Positions 13,401-28,642 of a DNA stretch of 64,000 bases are shown piece after piece. Below the pieces are notes generated by a model that was not told the origin of the DNA, searched no databases, and saw only the letters and a program-made list of their open reading frames with translations. This DNA comes from Octopus sinensis (lineage: Eukaryota), in assembly GCF_006345805.1 (NCBI RefSeq), contig NC_043009.1, positions 37,324,001 to 37,388,000 of the forward strand, given 5' to 3'. The position numbers and the translations under genes are program-made. The stretch's first letter is position 1, and each line of letters starts with the position of its first letter.

Positions 13401-14402
13401 TGTAATCGAGTATATAGGTAAGTACGTACGTTTGTATATACACATAAAAGAAAAATAAATGTAAAATATACATATGCATACGAAAATAAATTTAAAGCCG
13501 ATGATAAAAGTTCTATTTCTTACAAAATATTTTGTTACTAACACCATGCAAATTATTTTTATCATTTACATCTTATGCAGAATTTATTTCTCTTTCGAAT
13601 GATGGAGACAATAATTGTTTTTATACAACTTGAAGAATTTATATTAATTTAGCATTAGAATACTTCAAGTCTTAAGTTTATTTTCGGTCTTAAATTTATT
13701 CTCGCCAGTGTATGTATATGCAAGCATATACGCATAAGTACTATGTTTATGTATATCTGTGTGTGTATGCGTGTGTGTGTATGCGTGTGTGTGTATGCGT
13801 GTGTGTGCACGCGCGGGGTCAATATACCTAGACATACCCGGAAATGCAAACCCATTTATATATACGCACACACACATATATATATGTATATATATACACG
13901 CACATACATATGTGTGTGTGTGTGAATGTGTATGTTTGTGAGTGAGTGTGTGTGTATTGTCACTGGGCATATATCGATCTGATTCAATGAAGACCATGCG
14001 GCACATATGCACAAATTTTTATTTATTGTAAATTTCGTTCAATGTCATTCAAATTTATAGCAGATATGCCACTTTATAGTTATTATAACTTCCACAATAT
14101 CAACTAACAACTGTCATCATCATTTGATAAATATATGACATTATTTTTCCACTCTACAAGTTGCTAAATTAGCTGGGCGTCAGACAAAACGCTTGCCGTA
14201 TTGAGTTACGTTCTGAGTTCATAATCCTACGAGGTCAGCCATGTTTGGCAACATCCTCCGTAAGCTAACAAATGCTTAACTACTGCTCATGGATGTTAGG
14301 ATTACCTATTCAGATCCATGGCTCACTTCCTACGCTTGCGATGCTTCATCAACCAAGAGAAGTAGGAGCTTCAATGAAAGGAGCTTCGAACCGGCAGAAG
14401 CT

Positions 14403-14690
14403 TCAGACGGTAAGCCGGGCGACGTGTCCAGCCCATCTATACTTGCTGCGAGTATACTCTGCGATGACATCTCTCACGCCGGACTTCTTTCTGATGATGT
14501 TGCTATTTATGTGCTCTCTCAACGAGATACCAAGCATTGACCTTTCCATGGTTCTTTGAGCCGTTATCAGTCTTTGCTCTTCTCTCTTTGTGGTAGCCCA
14601 TGTTTCACTACCATATAACATTGCAGGCAGAACTGCACTGTTAATGAGGTTGGCGCGGGTGGTCCTGTCCAACCTTCCCTTGAGCATACA
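14403..14690 (-). mobile_element. RTE-clade LINE RT C-terminal fragment
   Basis: NSAVLPAMLYGSETWATTKREEQRL..AQRTMERSMLGISLREHI.....RKKSGVRDVI.......RWAGHVAR. Confidence 0.82.
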
Positions 14691-15068
14691 TATATGTATA
14701 TGGTCTTTACTTTGAATGCAAGGTTGCTTTTGTTGTAACATGACGAATAGAGCAAATAAGTTACCAAAATATTGCAAACCTTTTGACTCCACATAATATT
14801 TCTATGAGATACCATCGATATGAATGGAATTATATATAAAAAAAAAAGCTGACTGGAACTATTTCGCTCCTTAGAAACGGTTAATACTTTTTACCTTGTG
14901 ATTTTCAATTATAACACTTCAATATTACAGTATTGCGAAAAGCTGCTTCATAAAGAGAATATTAATGTGCTTGAAGATATTGAATCTGACTATAATAATA
15001 ATGAAAATAACAATTAAATATTTATTGCAATAACAAAGTTGGATACAGGTAGTTGTCTTCATAATTAC

Positions 15069-15136
15069 CATATTCATTTCATCAATTGAGTCGAACGAAT
15101 TAAAGTCCAAAGAAACGTTTACTCGAGTCGGAAGAT
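15069..15136 (-). CDS. Ligand-gated ion channel exon: beta1-beta2
   Basis: Acceptor cttttggcAG, donor ATG|GTAATT; 68 bp, phase 1/0; (D)LPTRVNVSLDFNSFDSIDEMNM, equivalent to GlyR [23 protein letters not shown]. Confidence 0.93.
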
Positions 15137-15661
15137 CTGCCAAAAGATAAAAAAATAAATAAATAAACAAATAATAAAAATACATTATATCGGAGTTTGT
15201 GTGTGTGGTGTGTGTGTGTGTGTGTTTGTGTGTGTGTATTTATGCATTTATGCATATTTCTTCCTGGGAGAAAGGGAGTGAGCGAGTGAGTTTGTGAGTG
15301 AGTGAGTGAGTGAGTGAGCGAGAGAGAAAGAGTGAAAAGAGAGAACTCGAAAAAATGGGATATTGGATTTGTCGAGATTTGAACTCAGTGAAGAGTTGTA
15401 ACGCATCGCAAAGCTTTCCATTCGACGCCCGTAATCATTGCCAAATAATCGCTTTACATGCAACGTCTTTTACCTTTATCTGTTATTCGTTTCTGTCACT
15501 GCACTGTGGTTATGGTGGGGCACAACCTTTAAGGGTTTAGTCGAGCAAATCGACACCATTACTTATTCTTACATCTGGTGCTATTAACCAATATTGCCGA
15601 ACCGCTAAGTTATGGAAGCACCGGTTGTCAAGTGATGGTGTGCGACAAATACAAACACAAT

Positions 15662-15707
<46 letters not shown>

Positions 15708-16329
15708 ACACACACAACAAACAAACGCACACTTGGACGCACGTCCGCACACGCACGCACACATATACAACGGGGTCCGTACAGTTACCGTCTACCCAAT
15801 TCCAACGCAGTCTCGGGACTACAGTAGAAAACACTTGCCCGAGCTTCTATGCAGATGGAAGCGAACCCAAAACGACGAGTTTGCAAAGTGACATTCTTAG
15901 CTACACAACCTATAGATTTTTAATAAGCTAAAATAAGGTGCAACAATCTTTGGACTGTGACGTTTGAAAATTGGAAGCTGTAAAGTAGATATATTCTTTT
16001 ATTATTTCTATCATACTTCTTTGTTTAACCGTCCAATAATCAAATAGATTTTGTATTTAAACTGACAAACCAACCGAAACATTCTACAGCCCCCACCAAA
16101 CACATTCACACATACTTTAAGAAACATAGTAACTCGTGCTAAAATCTTTTATCCACTAACAAAACAAAGCCGTTTCCTCAGAACAAATATACACGCATAT
16201 TTTAAGCCTCACTAAATCAAATTATAAATACAGCTTCCATTTTTAAATCCTTAACGTAACAGTGATCACTCAGGAGAGAAACTATACATTCAATTCCTTA
16301 AATGAATATGTATGTTTATTTGTGTGTTT

Positions 16330-16426
16330 ATACATACATACATACACACTTACATACATACATACATACACATGTGTCTGTGTATGTGCATGTATGTATA
16401 TATGTATGTATATATATATATATTTG

Positions 16427-16469
<43 letters not shown>

Positions 16470-16487
16470 TTATACATACATGCATAC

Positions 16488-16561
<74 letters not shown>

Positions 16562-16567
16562 GCAGAC

Positions 16568-16650
<83 letters not shown>
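16330..16650. repeat. (TACA)n/(TA)n/(TAGA)n compound microsatellite
   Basis: Directly visible. Confidence 0.95.
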
Positions 16651-16679
16651 AGGGCTCTAATTTTAAAATATTTGAAGAT

Positions 16680-17470
16680 CACTGTAAGTCTCTACCACAT
16701 TGTTTCCGTTTTAGATCAAGGCGGTCCACGTCATTGTTTATGTTAACATTCTTTGTGCTAGTGAGTACCTTCTGGGTTTTCATGTCAATGGCTCGGATCT
16801 CATCAGGGGTCTTATCAAGTAGCCCAAATGTTGGTATGAGTACTGGTACTGCAAGCCTGTTGCAGGCCACTATTTTATTGAATGCAGAAAGTTTTGAGGT
16901 CCTTAGTTTTCTTATCCGGCTGTTATATTATTTAATGACACGTTCCTAGCTACAGTTACTATCCTAAGATATGTTTTCATCTACACTTAGATGCCTGTAA
17001 TATTCCACAGTTTACAGTTTTCCTTTGTTTCACAACCATGTAAGTACTTTTATGCCGCCCAAATTCCATCCCTATATTCTTTAAAGAGTATTGTAACCAA
17101 GTCAAGGGTCGTTTTTCATCTCACGCATATTCCTGGTATGCAGTTTCAAATCATTCACTTAGAAGCCGTATGCAATTCTGGTATTTCTGTCTCCATGAGT
17201 ACCAATAAGATACCCTTCAGACTTCCCCAACATAAGTGACAAGGGGTTTACTGAAAGTATGGACAGCTTCTCAGAGAGGGTGGTCTCATTGAAATATATT
17301 CTGCGATATTGTGTTTTATCAGTGATTCTATTGGGTCATCCCATAAATAATACGGTTTTTATACTTATTTTATTTTTCAATATTAAGTTTCTACCTTTAA
17401 AAACAAGGAGTTATAACCTTTTTACTTGTGTGATTTTTGGATACCCTGGTAACTATTGATATATGTTTTT
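16680..17470 (-). mobile_element. R4/Dong-like (RLE) LINE RT fragment, degenerate
   Basis: NRLAVPVLIPTFG...DEIRAIDMKTQKVLT....N.DVDRL.LKRK..GR.L resembles the R4/Dong post-RT motif AVPVL.YSFG..W...EL..LD.KTRK.LT...HP..DVDRLY.PR..GGRGL; upstream NDLKL remnant. Confidence 0.7.
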
Positions 17471-17519
17471 TATTTATGTATTTTTCCGTGTTAATTGTTA
17501 ACAAGGGAAAAATACACAC

Positions 17520-17536
17520 ATCTATTTATATATATA

Positions 17537-17600
<64 letters not shown>

Positions 17601-17785
17601 GATACATACATACATACACACACACATATATATATGTATATATACATACACATATATATATACATACATACACACATACGTACATACATGCATACATGCA
17701 TGCATACATACATACATACATACATACATACATACATACATACATACATACATACATACATACATACATACATACATGCATACAC
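17520..17785. repeat. (TA)n/(TACA)n compound microsatellite
   Basis: Directly visible. Confidence 0.95.
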
Positions 17786-18699
17786 TCAAAAGAGTACAAA
17801 CAATATATTACCATTTGTTTGCAACTAATGTTAATATTTACCTCGAGATGATTGAATTGATTAAATATATAACAGACTAAGTTAGTTGTAAAATCTCGAG
17901 AGATAGAGTAGTAACTATATTAAACAGTAAAGTTAGTCGCCACATCAAAGTGGCTGTTGAATGTTACTACTAGTTTAACACCAGGCAGTTTCTCCGCCAG
18001 CTGGTTATCGGTGAGACACTCAGCACCCTTTATATACAATACATTGCCAGAAGGGGGAGCGAATACCTACCACCCTCTAGCAGCAAAATGGTATCATAAT
18101 GTCTGAATGAAAACTAATCTACAAAATGACGAGAATTGTAACAAAAATGTAAGTAGAAAATACATAATTCATTAGTCTCGTCCAGTCAGGGGCAATTTGC
18201 AATCCACGAGATTTCCTAAATTTCTCACCTAAATTATTTGCAAACTGTGGTCAGCCTGACATCAAACCAAGTCTCATGCGGCCACCTTCTCTAAAAATGA
18301 TCTCCATAACATAACTCGACTAGTCGACACTGTTCATATACATCCTTATGACAAGTGACTTGCCTTCAGTAAACTTTAATGAGAGACAAGCGCAGCAATA
18401 GATATAATATTAATATATATAGATATAATATTAATATATATATGTTTTTCAAGCGATGAATAGCTTTGCGTAAACCATGGTTCGCTTTTTTCTCTTACTT
18501 TATTATCATCTTATAATCATCTCATAATAAAGACTTTTATGACTCTTATTACTACCTCAGTCAATCTAAATGTATATATTTGTCGTTACTTGTCATAAAT
18601 GGCTTTTTTTATTTGCAATGTACATTTTCGTTGATTTTTCATATTTTATTACCCTTACATTTCCACGTGTATTTTATATTTTCTTTTTGTAACATATTC

Positions 18700-18766
<67 letters not shown>

Positions 18767-19018
18767 TTTTATATATATAGGGGGAGAGAGGGAGAGAGAG
18801 AGAAATGAGGCGTTTAGTTCACATGTGATCTGAACGAATAGGTACGCTGGGTAAGTGCTATAGTTGGTCGATCTTTAAGTTCCAAGATCACAACTAAGGT
18901 TGGATCTAGGAATCCGTGTTAGGGTTCCGTTATAGCAGATATATATAGCAGATACTCGTTCTGCCTTGGTTTTGATTTTTCCTCTGATATTACACACACA
19001 CACACACACTCATGCACT

Positions 19019-19112
<94 letters not shown>

Positions 19113-19741
19113 TACAGATATAGATATATTTTGATAATAGACGTAAACTCTCTGATGGGAAGTCAGAACAACAGTTATTGTCTTCGTTTTACATCTGCAA
19201 CCAAGTATTTAATTGTTATGAAAACACGGCTCGACATTAAACTAGTTATCCAGACATGTTGTTATCTTTCTAATACTACACGCACATGTGAGAGTACTCA
19301 CCCACGCACTTCACTCTTAAATACACACATCAATGTGCGTGTGGGCGATTGAACATAAATGGTCGCACCACTTAGATACACATACGAGCACATATCTGTT
19401 TCTGTTTATGTCGGTAATTTATTTACGTACACACCGATACGTGTGCAAATACAGACAGACACACATACACACACACACACACATATACAGGTGTATGTAC
19501 CTACACCTACTGCATTTCTACTATCTCTACGCAAGCATATGTGTATTCATATATGTATGCATGTATGTTTATATATGTGCTATTGTGCGCGTTTCCCCAA
19601 GATTGTTGGTCCTTCTAGCAGAACTTAAGTCCATCGCTAACGAACTGAGAAGGGTTTTTTTTTTTAGTGTTTCGGAATGTTTCGAATATATAGGTGAGTT
19701 AATGTGTGCCTATATATTTTTATGGATATATATTCTTGTCA

Positions 19742-20010
19742 TGCTGAATGTCCCCGAGAACTACGTTAAGGGTACACGTGTCTGTGGAGTGCTCAGCCAC
19801 TTGCACGTTAATAAATGAGCTGCGACGTCACTGGTGCCAAGCTGTATCGGCCTTTGTCTTTCCCTTGGATAACATCGGTGGCGTGGAGAGGGGAGATTGG
19901 TATGCGTGGGCGACTGCTGGTCTTCCATAAACAACCTTGCCCAGAATTGTGCTTCGGAAGGTAACCTTCTAGGAGTAATACCATGGTCATTCATGACCGT
20001 AGGGGGTCAC
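19742..20010 (+). mobile_element. Chimeric SINE fragment (family A body joined to family B 3' half)
   Basis: 19742-19811 matches family A; 19812-20010 matches family B. Confidence 0.7.
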
Positions 20011-20247
20011 AATATATTCTTGTATTCATGAAATGGATATACGTGTATCTTTCCGATTGTGCGTGATTTCTTTTTATGAATATCTGCGCATGCGATAAGA
20101 GCACACCTGGTTGAGGAAATTCAAATGGTGTATCCCTGGAATGCTTTACAAATTGCCACTGTTGCTTTTCGCGAATACGTGTCAGTTTCTGTTCTGTTCT
20201 TCCGGAAAACCAAACTATTCAGAAGTTTTTTTGTTTTTTTTTTTGTA

Positions 20248-20652
20248 GGAGTGGCTGTGTGGTACGTTGCTTTCTTACGAGCCACATGGTTCCGCGTTCA
20301 GTCCCACTGCGCGGCACCTTGGGCAAGTGTCTTCTACTATAGCCTCAGGCCGACCAAAGCCTTGTGAGTGAATTTGGTAGACGGAAACTGAAAGAAGCCC
20401 GTCGTCTATATGTATATATACATATGTGTGTGTGTGTGGGGGTGGTGTATGGTTGTGTGTCTGTGTTTGTCTCCCAACATAGCTTGACAACTGATGCTGG
20501 TGTGTTTACGTCTCCGTAACTTAGCGGTTCGGCAAAAGAGACCGATAGAATAAGTACTAGGCTTACAAAGAATAAGTCCTAGGGTCGATTTGCTTGACTA
20601 AAGGCGGTGCTCCAGCATGGCCACAGTCAAATGACTGAAACAAGTAAAAGAG
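20248..20652 (+). mobile_element. SINE family C copy
   Basis: Collinear similarity to 10153-10580. Confidence 0.82.
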
Positions 20653-21414
20653 TATATCTGTTGATACAAATGAAAATCCAGATAGAAAGTTATAAATCAA
20701 CGCATTGATTCTCCACAAAGATTTTCTTTTCTTTTGCATAGTTTTAACCGAGACATTCCCAGCCTCTGGACAGTTTACCTCTACAACCGTGCATGATTTT
20801 TCTTTCTTTTTCTATATTAAACCATCAAGTCTGTGGTGTTTTTATCGGAATGTCATTAATAGGATATTTCACGTATATTTCTTCTGGTTCAGGTATGTCT
20901 TTGTTATGGTCATTACGACAATCTTTTTTGCAATTAGCATTGTAAGTGCTTTCAGCACTAAAGCCATGTCTCATGGGAAGGTACTACCTTGTAAATATTC
21001 TAGGGTAGCTCATGACGATGTGGATGATATCTTCCACATCTATATTGTACAATTACATTTTCTATCGTAGTTTTAGTAGGATATTATTATCATTGCTCAA
21101 GTGTTTAATAGCTACCACCTGTTACTGAATAGCAAAAGTGTTTCGTCCAAGGTGAAAGGCAATATATCTATAAGATATCGAAGTTAGACTACACTTTCTG
21201 ACATTGTTGTCAGCATTTTTACCATTTAGTCAGGTGGAGGTGAGACAATGCACTTGATGCATATTTCACAGCTTCAGTGAATGAAGAAACTGAAAATCTC
21301 GTCCAAATGCGTTCAACAGAATACAACTTTTTAAAGCCACCCATGTGTTAAACTGAGAGATAGATAAGTCTACCACCCCTGAACTCAGGACCATCCATCT
21401 CGCCAGCCAGCCAT

Positions 21415-21652
21415 TCATTCATCCATCCATTCATCCATCCTTCTAGCTAGCTTGCTCGCTAATTATCTGTCCCTCTATCAATCTTTCCATCCATCTATCT
21501 ATCGATCTATTTATCTGACTGTCTGCCTGTCTGGCTATCAATTTATCTATCTATCCGGCCATCCATCCATCCATCCATCCATCCATCCATCCATCAATCC
21601 ATCTATCCATCCATCCATCCATCCATCCATCCATCCATCCATCCATCCATCC

Positions 21653-21724
<72 letters not shown>

Positions 21725-21830
21725 GTCTGTCTGTCTGTCTGTCTGTCAGTCTGTCTGTCTGTCTGTATGTCTGTCTGTCTGTCTATCTATCTATTCATTC
21801 ATCATCTATCTATCTATCTATCTATCTATC
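21415..21830. repeat. (CCAT)n/(CTAT)n/(CTGT)n compound microsatellite
   Basis: Directly visible, ordered tetranucleotide blocks. Confidence 0.95.
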
Positions 21831-22051
21831 TACCAACACACACAAGATCTACACATATTTAAATATGAATCACTGACAATTTTCTAACTATATCGGCAAT
21901 AATGAAAAGCAAACAAAAAAAAAACAAAAATTATATTTTTTAATATGTTTTTCTTATTCAGACAACAAGTCTAGAATAAGATAAATCAGATTTCGTCATA
22001 AGAGTCATCTGTCTCTAAATATTGAACAAGTTGTAGTAGCTATAAACCTAC

Positions 22052-22122
22052 CTTTATCGAAGTTTGGCGGCAGACGTTTATCATAGACTTGTTCTCGCAA
22101 CATAACTTGTATCAGCAAAGAT
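22052..22122 (-). CDS. Ligand-gated ion channel exon: N-terminal helix and YDKR motif
   Basis: Acceptor ctcttcttcAG, donor AAG|GTAGGT; 71 bp, phase 2/1; SLLIQVMLREQVYDKRLPPNFDK matches the pLGIC YDxRxxP motif and splices in frame to the 15136 exon. Confidence 0.9.
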
Positions 22123-22479
22123 CTGAAGAAGAGGTAGAAGCATTAGTCACAGTAGATCTAGTTGATATAGTAGAAGCAATAGTTAAAAGTATTGTTAGTA
22201 GGTAAGCTCTATCTATGTGTAACATGCTTAAACTACCATAACAACAACAATAATTGTGATTTAAAATTTTAGCACAAGGCCAGCAGTTTCTAGGGAGGGG
22301 TTAAGTCGATTACATCGACCGCAGTACTTGACTGGTACTTACTTTGTCGAACCCGAAAGGATGACAGGCAATGTCAAACTGGACGAAATTTGAACTCAGA
22401 ACGTGAAGACAGACGAAATGCCGCGTGCAAGCGATTCTACCAGCTTGCCGCCTTAACGAAGATTACAATAATAATCCTT

Positions 22480-23055
22480 TCTACTATAGGCACAAGGCCT
22501 GGAATTCGGGGGAAGGGGTTAAGTCAATTGCATTGACCCCAGTACTCAACTGATACTTATTTTATCGACCCCGAAAAGATGAAAGGCAAAGTCGACCTCG
22601 GCAGAATTTGAACTCAGAACGTAACAGCAGGGGAGATACCTATTTCTTTACTACCCACAAGGAGCTAAACACAGAGAGGACAAACAAGGGGCAGACAAAC
22701 GGATTAAGTCGATCACATCGACCCCAGTGCGTAACTGGTGCTTACTTTATCGACCCCGAAATGATGAAAGGTAAAGTCGACCTCGGCAGAATTTGAACTC
22801 AGAACGTAACAGCAGACGAAATACCAATTTCTTTACTACCCACAAGGGGCTAAACACAGAGAGGACAAACAAGGGCAGACAAACGGATTAAGTCGATCAC
22901 ATCGACCCCAGTGCGTAACTGGTGCTTAATTTATCGACTCCGAAAGGACGAAAGGTAAAGTCGACCTCGGCGGAATTTGAACTCAGAACGTAACGGCAGA
23001 CGAAATACCTCCAAGCATCTCGCACGGCGTGCTAACACTTCTACTACCTTGCCAC
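22480..23055 (-). mobile_element. SINE family D head-to-tail trimer
   Basis: About 185-bp unit repeated, with junctions at 22641 and 22826. Confidence 0.8.
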
Positions 23056-23770
23056 ATTGAAGATTACGATAATAATGGCGATAAAAGCGCAATAGCAATA
23101 ACGATTATCCGCCTGATATGCACACAAGACGATAGACTACTTTAGTGATGGGGATGGCGGTGGTCAAGGTAGAGATGATAGGTGGATGACTTAGTTTATT
23201 ATGTCGATCCTATTATTTAACTGGTAAAGCTTTTTTTCGACTCCCGAAAGATGAAAAATAAATTTAATAATATCCTGCAGAATTTTAACTCTGATCATAT
23301 AGGACATCAAAAAAATACTGCTAGGTATTTTTTCCGAGACTAACGATTCAGCTAATCCATAACAACTTCAACAACTCCAAGGAAGGATCCTGTTTGTCTT
23401 CGCTAGAAATAGCAGACAACTCTCCCTTTAAAAAAGCACACTGAAGGTGAAGTATATGTTGGACCATATAGTCAGATTTATATAAAAAGACAAGCTAGTC
23501 ATGATTGTAACGCCTCTGGCCACAGATCTAATAGATTAGGACCTTGGAGGCACACAAGAAAAGTTTAGCATTTCACAACAGTAACTATACACGGCACTAA
23601 ATAACTACAGTAAACAATATTTCACTATATATATGTGTGTGTAAGTGTATGTGTGTATGTGTATATATGTGTGTATGTGCGCGCGTGCATTCATGTGTGC
23701 ATGAATATACATACGGGAATGTGTATATATAATATATATATATAATATATATATATATATTATATATATA

Positions 23771-23808
<38 letters not shown>

Positions 23809-24759
23809 TCAACATATATTTTAAAACAGTAAACAACACTACATTGTATAATCAACAGTATACAATACTCCGTACACAACACTACACTCAAACTACACAC
23901 TGCTGTCTGAATTGAAGGAAATATCGGACAATATTAGACTAAAAGATGAGATGGTCATGACTGGAATGTGCTTGATCATAGGTTTGCTCAAAAACAGAAG
24001 AGATTATTTGGAGCTAATTATCATTGTCACCGCAAAAATACAGATTATTTTGTGCATTAGGTTTTATCTCTGTCTTTATGCTAACGAATATAAATCAAAT
24101 TAGAAATAAAAAAGACATCAATAACGTCTTTCGATTGAATAGAATGTCGCTAATTATGTTTATGCAAAGGAGGTGTTTTGATTAATGAGCTGGTAATACT
24201 TTTCCCCGGTGAGTTATTGATGTAATGGAGTAAATCGGGGGATATTTCTTCATGAGAGTGAAACTGCGTTGGGTCGTGACTTGCAGCAGCCTCTTTCCTC
24301 GGCTAAAACTATTACTATTGCTAGCATAGGGCTGCGAGCTGGCAGAAACGTTAGCAAGCCGGGCGAAATATTTAGCGGTATTTCGTCTGCCGTTACGCTC
24401 TGAGTTCAAATTCCGCCGAGGTCGACTTTGCCTTTCATCCTTTCGGGGTCGATTAAATAAGTACCAGTTACGCACTGGGGTCGATGTAATCGACTTCATC
24501 CCTTTGTCTGTTCTTGTTTGCCCCCTCTATGTTTAGCCCTCTGTGGGCAATAAATAAATATATTACTATTGCTATCAAAACAGGACCAGCTTATTTATTC
24601 GTCACAATATACACAATTGACAGGACTTGGATCAGGACCGGATTATAAAGCAATCAATGTAAGCAAGATAGGTAAGGACAGATTTATATTTGTCGCTATA
24701 GACCAAATCATAGTGCCATATAGTATATTAGTCACCACAAGTCAGCAGGTTATATATTA

Positions 24760-25900
24760 GCCGCTATACACATAAGTGTATAAAATGTCAGTTGCCTTTT
24801 GCACACCTGAGGAAGCTGAATTATAAATTAGTGGTTTCAGTCACTATTGAGAATGTTGTGTAGTCTCTCTGAACACAAATCACAAATAATCCAGTATTTT
24901 AGTTCTCCTAACAGTGAGCTATAGAAATAATATTCTCAACTGGACTCTAAATGAATTAGCATGACTAGATAGAAAACCAATGATTGCTTTTAGAATATGC
25001 CAGAAAATGATGGTATGTACAAAGAATATAAGAAGGCAGAAACCTAAATTGATAAAATTTTTGCACTGAAGAATTATATAAGTATCTTGTAGAATTATAC
25101 ACTGAAGAATTATATAAGTATCTTGTAAAGAACAATGAAGAGACTATAAAAAGCTAGAGATACGGACGAAATAGAGAAAATCTGTTGTCAAGGAAGCTAA
25201 TAAATATAAAGTAGAAACCGAAATAAAGAAGAGGAAAGTTGAAACAACAGAAATTGGCAAAAAGCTAAAACTTAGCAAAAAAAAAAAAATAATAATAATA
25301 AAGGTAAACAATATCATGTCAATGTAATAGTAAGAAAATTGTTCACATGATCAATACCTGTCCAATAAAAAGAAAAAGAAGCTATGTAGAAAAATTGCAG
25401 TACTGGTTGAAAATTTTCAGGACACAAAGCTAATACTGGTGGGGTATTGCTTGTGACATTGGGTCAAATCATTCCTGCGAGAATCCGCCAAAGGTTATAA
25501 TGAAATACAATATATTAATTAATTGCAGGATATGAAGAAATTTGGAAGTAATACTTTATCGCTTGACATTGTCTCTTGATATTGCCTCTAGACATTGTAC
25601 AATTTAAGCCAAGAGAGAATATATCGATATTTATAAAAGAGTTCTCTGCTCAGGAAATTATATTCGCATTACGAATTATATCAGCATTAAGAGCCTAATA
25701 GAAAAGCTGCGGTTTAACTATACACCAGAAAAATATTTCAGAGAATGAGAAAGCGACTTTTCTCTGGGATATGCCAGTCTAGTTAGATAGGGAGAACAAG
25801 GTTAATCGGCTAGGTATTGTTGTAAAAGAAAACCCAGAGATGTTATCCGAATCTGGGTACTGAAGCTGAAACAATCGATAATATAAAAGGTGCCTTGGAA
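24760..25900 (+). mobile_element. Highly degenerate R4/Dong-like LINE relic
   Basis: ENEKATFLWDMPV*LDRENKVNRLGIVV (about 25740-25830) resembles the ENxxxKILWD..IQTD..I..NRPDIVV RLE motif; many stops. Confidence 0.35.
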
Positions 25901-26288
25901 TAATTTAAAACATACATAAAATAGAAAAATAAAACCCGAGACTTACAGATATGGAAAACAGACAGAAAATAGCATGTCTACACATTGCACGTCTATTGGT
26001 TTCAAATCATGGCATAAGAGCAGCAATTTTGGGGGATGGCTAATTGATTACATCGACCCCAGTGTTCCACTGCTACTCATTTTACCGATCGCAAAAGGAA
26101 GAAAGGCAAGGTTGAGCTCATGGTGAATTTGAATTCAGAACGTGAAGAACGAAATGCCGCTACGCATTTTTCCCGGAGTGCTAACAATTCTACCAGCTCG
26201 CCGCCTTAGACTCTACACACATATTACACAGAGAAATTTTAATAGAATTAAAAATACTGCACCACAACACAAGACATATCCAAGGTGG

Positions 26289-26675
26289 ATGGAAGCACTC
26301 CCTCGGTTACGACGATGAGGGTTCCGGTTGATCCGAATCAACGGAACAGCCTGCTCGTGAAATTAACGTGTAAGTGGCTGAGCACTCCACAGACACGTGG
26401 ACCCTTAACGTAGTTCTCGGGGAAATTCAGCGTGACACAGAGAGTGACAAGGCCGGCCCCTTGAAATACAGGTACAACAGAAACAGGAAGTAAGAGTGAG
26501 AGAAAGTTGTGGTGAAAGAGTACAGCAGGGATCACCACCATCCCCTGCCGGAGCCTCGTGGAGCTTTTAGGTGTTTTCGCTCAATAAACACTCACAACGC
26601 CCGGTCTGGGAATCGAAACCGCGATCCTATGACCGCGAGTCCGCTGCCCTAACCACTGGGTTATTGCGCCTCCAC
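26289..26675 (-). mobile_element. SINE family A copy
   Basis: Highly similar to 1299-1685 over its full length. Confidence 0.85.
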
Positions 26676-27059
26676 TATATCCAAGGTACCCAGACATTGG
26701 ATAGACACTACGCAGAAAACATTGCATGAAAATAAGGCTATTTGAAAGAAAAAATAAACCGGTTTTTATATTTACCACAAAGGAGAATCTTATGTGCACA
26801 ATCTATAATCTCATATACACATAAAAACATAAGTTAATGCCCCAGTATCTCTCTTTCTGTCGAGTGAATTAAAGTAAGACAGAGAGTACTGGAGATATAT
26901 ACAGATATAATATTTACTAATAACGTTTTGATCTTTACATTATCTATAGTGAATGAAAAGTTATTTTCCCATTAGGTTGGTTCCTGCTCCATTAAGAGAG
27001 CCTATTTTAAGAGCGGTACATGATTGTCATCGGTACACATTTTTCTATGCACACCGTCC

Positions 27060-27200
27060 ATTACACGCACACACTCACATATATACAATGTAACACATAC
27101 ACATATGTGTGTATGAATATATGTATGCATATATGGATGTATACATGTACATATGCATGCGTGAGCGTGTGTATGTATATATACGTATATGCATATTAGG

Positions 27201-27264
<64 letters not shown>

Positions 27265-27267
27265 CAA

Positions 27268-27315
<48 letters not shown>

Positions 27316-27840
27316 CAAGTTTATATACACATACATATATATACATACACATATCCATTTACATACACATGTTACGTATATATGTGTATACATATATGTA
27401 TACACATACGTTTATATACATATGCATATAGATATAAAGTTGTATCTATATTATGTATGTACATAAATGTTATATACATACATGTATACGTGTGTGATTA
27501 TATATAATTGTACAAATATATACGCACATGCACATACATAAACACACACACACATACATACAGACAGACACACACACACACACACACACAAATATACATC
27601 ATCTACGTACTCACATAAAGTAACTGCGCAAAAAAAACTGCATGGTGTCGATACTCTCAAACTCACACACACACAAATATATACACATATACACATTGAA
27701 ATACATCTCAAGTCCACATATATGTACGCTCACAAATGTAACATGTACAGCACACATTCCACCGCGCAAACATATACACCATATGCACCAGCGCATATAA
27801 GGAAAAACACGGACTTACATACATACATACATACATATAT

Positions 27841-27887
<47 letters not shown>

Positions 27888-27921
27888 TTTCAAGAGCATT
27901 CTTAGTTGTATACACACTCCG

Positions 27922-27967
<46 letters not shown>

Positions 27968-27970
27968 ACA
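27060..27970. repeat. Degenerate (TA)n/(CA)n low-complexity tract
   Basis: Directly visible. Confidence 0.9.
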
Positions 27971-28642
27971 CCCGTACAGTCACATCGTGTATATACTCTA
28001 TCATGAAAGCTCACATATAAACGCCGTCATTAATTGCATACAGTAACAGATAGCGTGACTTAACAAAAATCAAAGTGAAACTGAATGAATCATTGATCTG
28101 ACGATTTCCTACCGCTTCCACAGACGGACTTAGCCATCAATAAGGCTTATGTAAACACAGTCTTTCAGATGAGCATTCAGACAAGACATACACACACACA
28201 CTTACTAAGATACCTTCATACCCACTGACACTTATGAATATATGTGTCGGTGTGTGTATATATAATATATATATATATATATATTGATACAGGTGCACTA
28301 AGAAACATGGTAATCAGTAACCATCATCGTCTTTGTTCGTTGTCATCGTCGTCGTCGTCGTCATTGTCAAATATGCTTTGAAAACTCTGCTTTCTTGGTA
28401 GCAATGGTAGAATATGCTATTATGCTAGTGAAGGTGACTTTTAAAAGAGTGCTCCGTAACCTCTATATACTTTGTGTTACTGGTAACGAAATCTCTCTGA
28501 TATGCAATATTTCTCTCTATGTATTTATTTAATTAGGAGGCAAAACTTTATTTAGGCAACTGCTAATCGATTTTTTATCCCACCTTTGTTTAAAATATTT
28601 TTCATTCTAATTCTTATCGATAGGAGTCAAATGTTATGCATA

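Noticed and set aside
14314-14409. 96-bp plus-strand AG...GTAAG exon-like segment
   Set aside because: No homology in any frame, antisense to the host gene, and abuts an RTE fragment.
22480-23055. Regularly spaced repeats that might suggest a CRISPR-like array
   Set aside because: Units are contiguous SINE copies without unique spacers; eukaryotic context and no cas genes.
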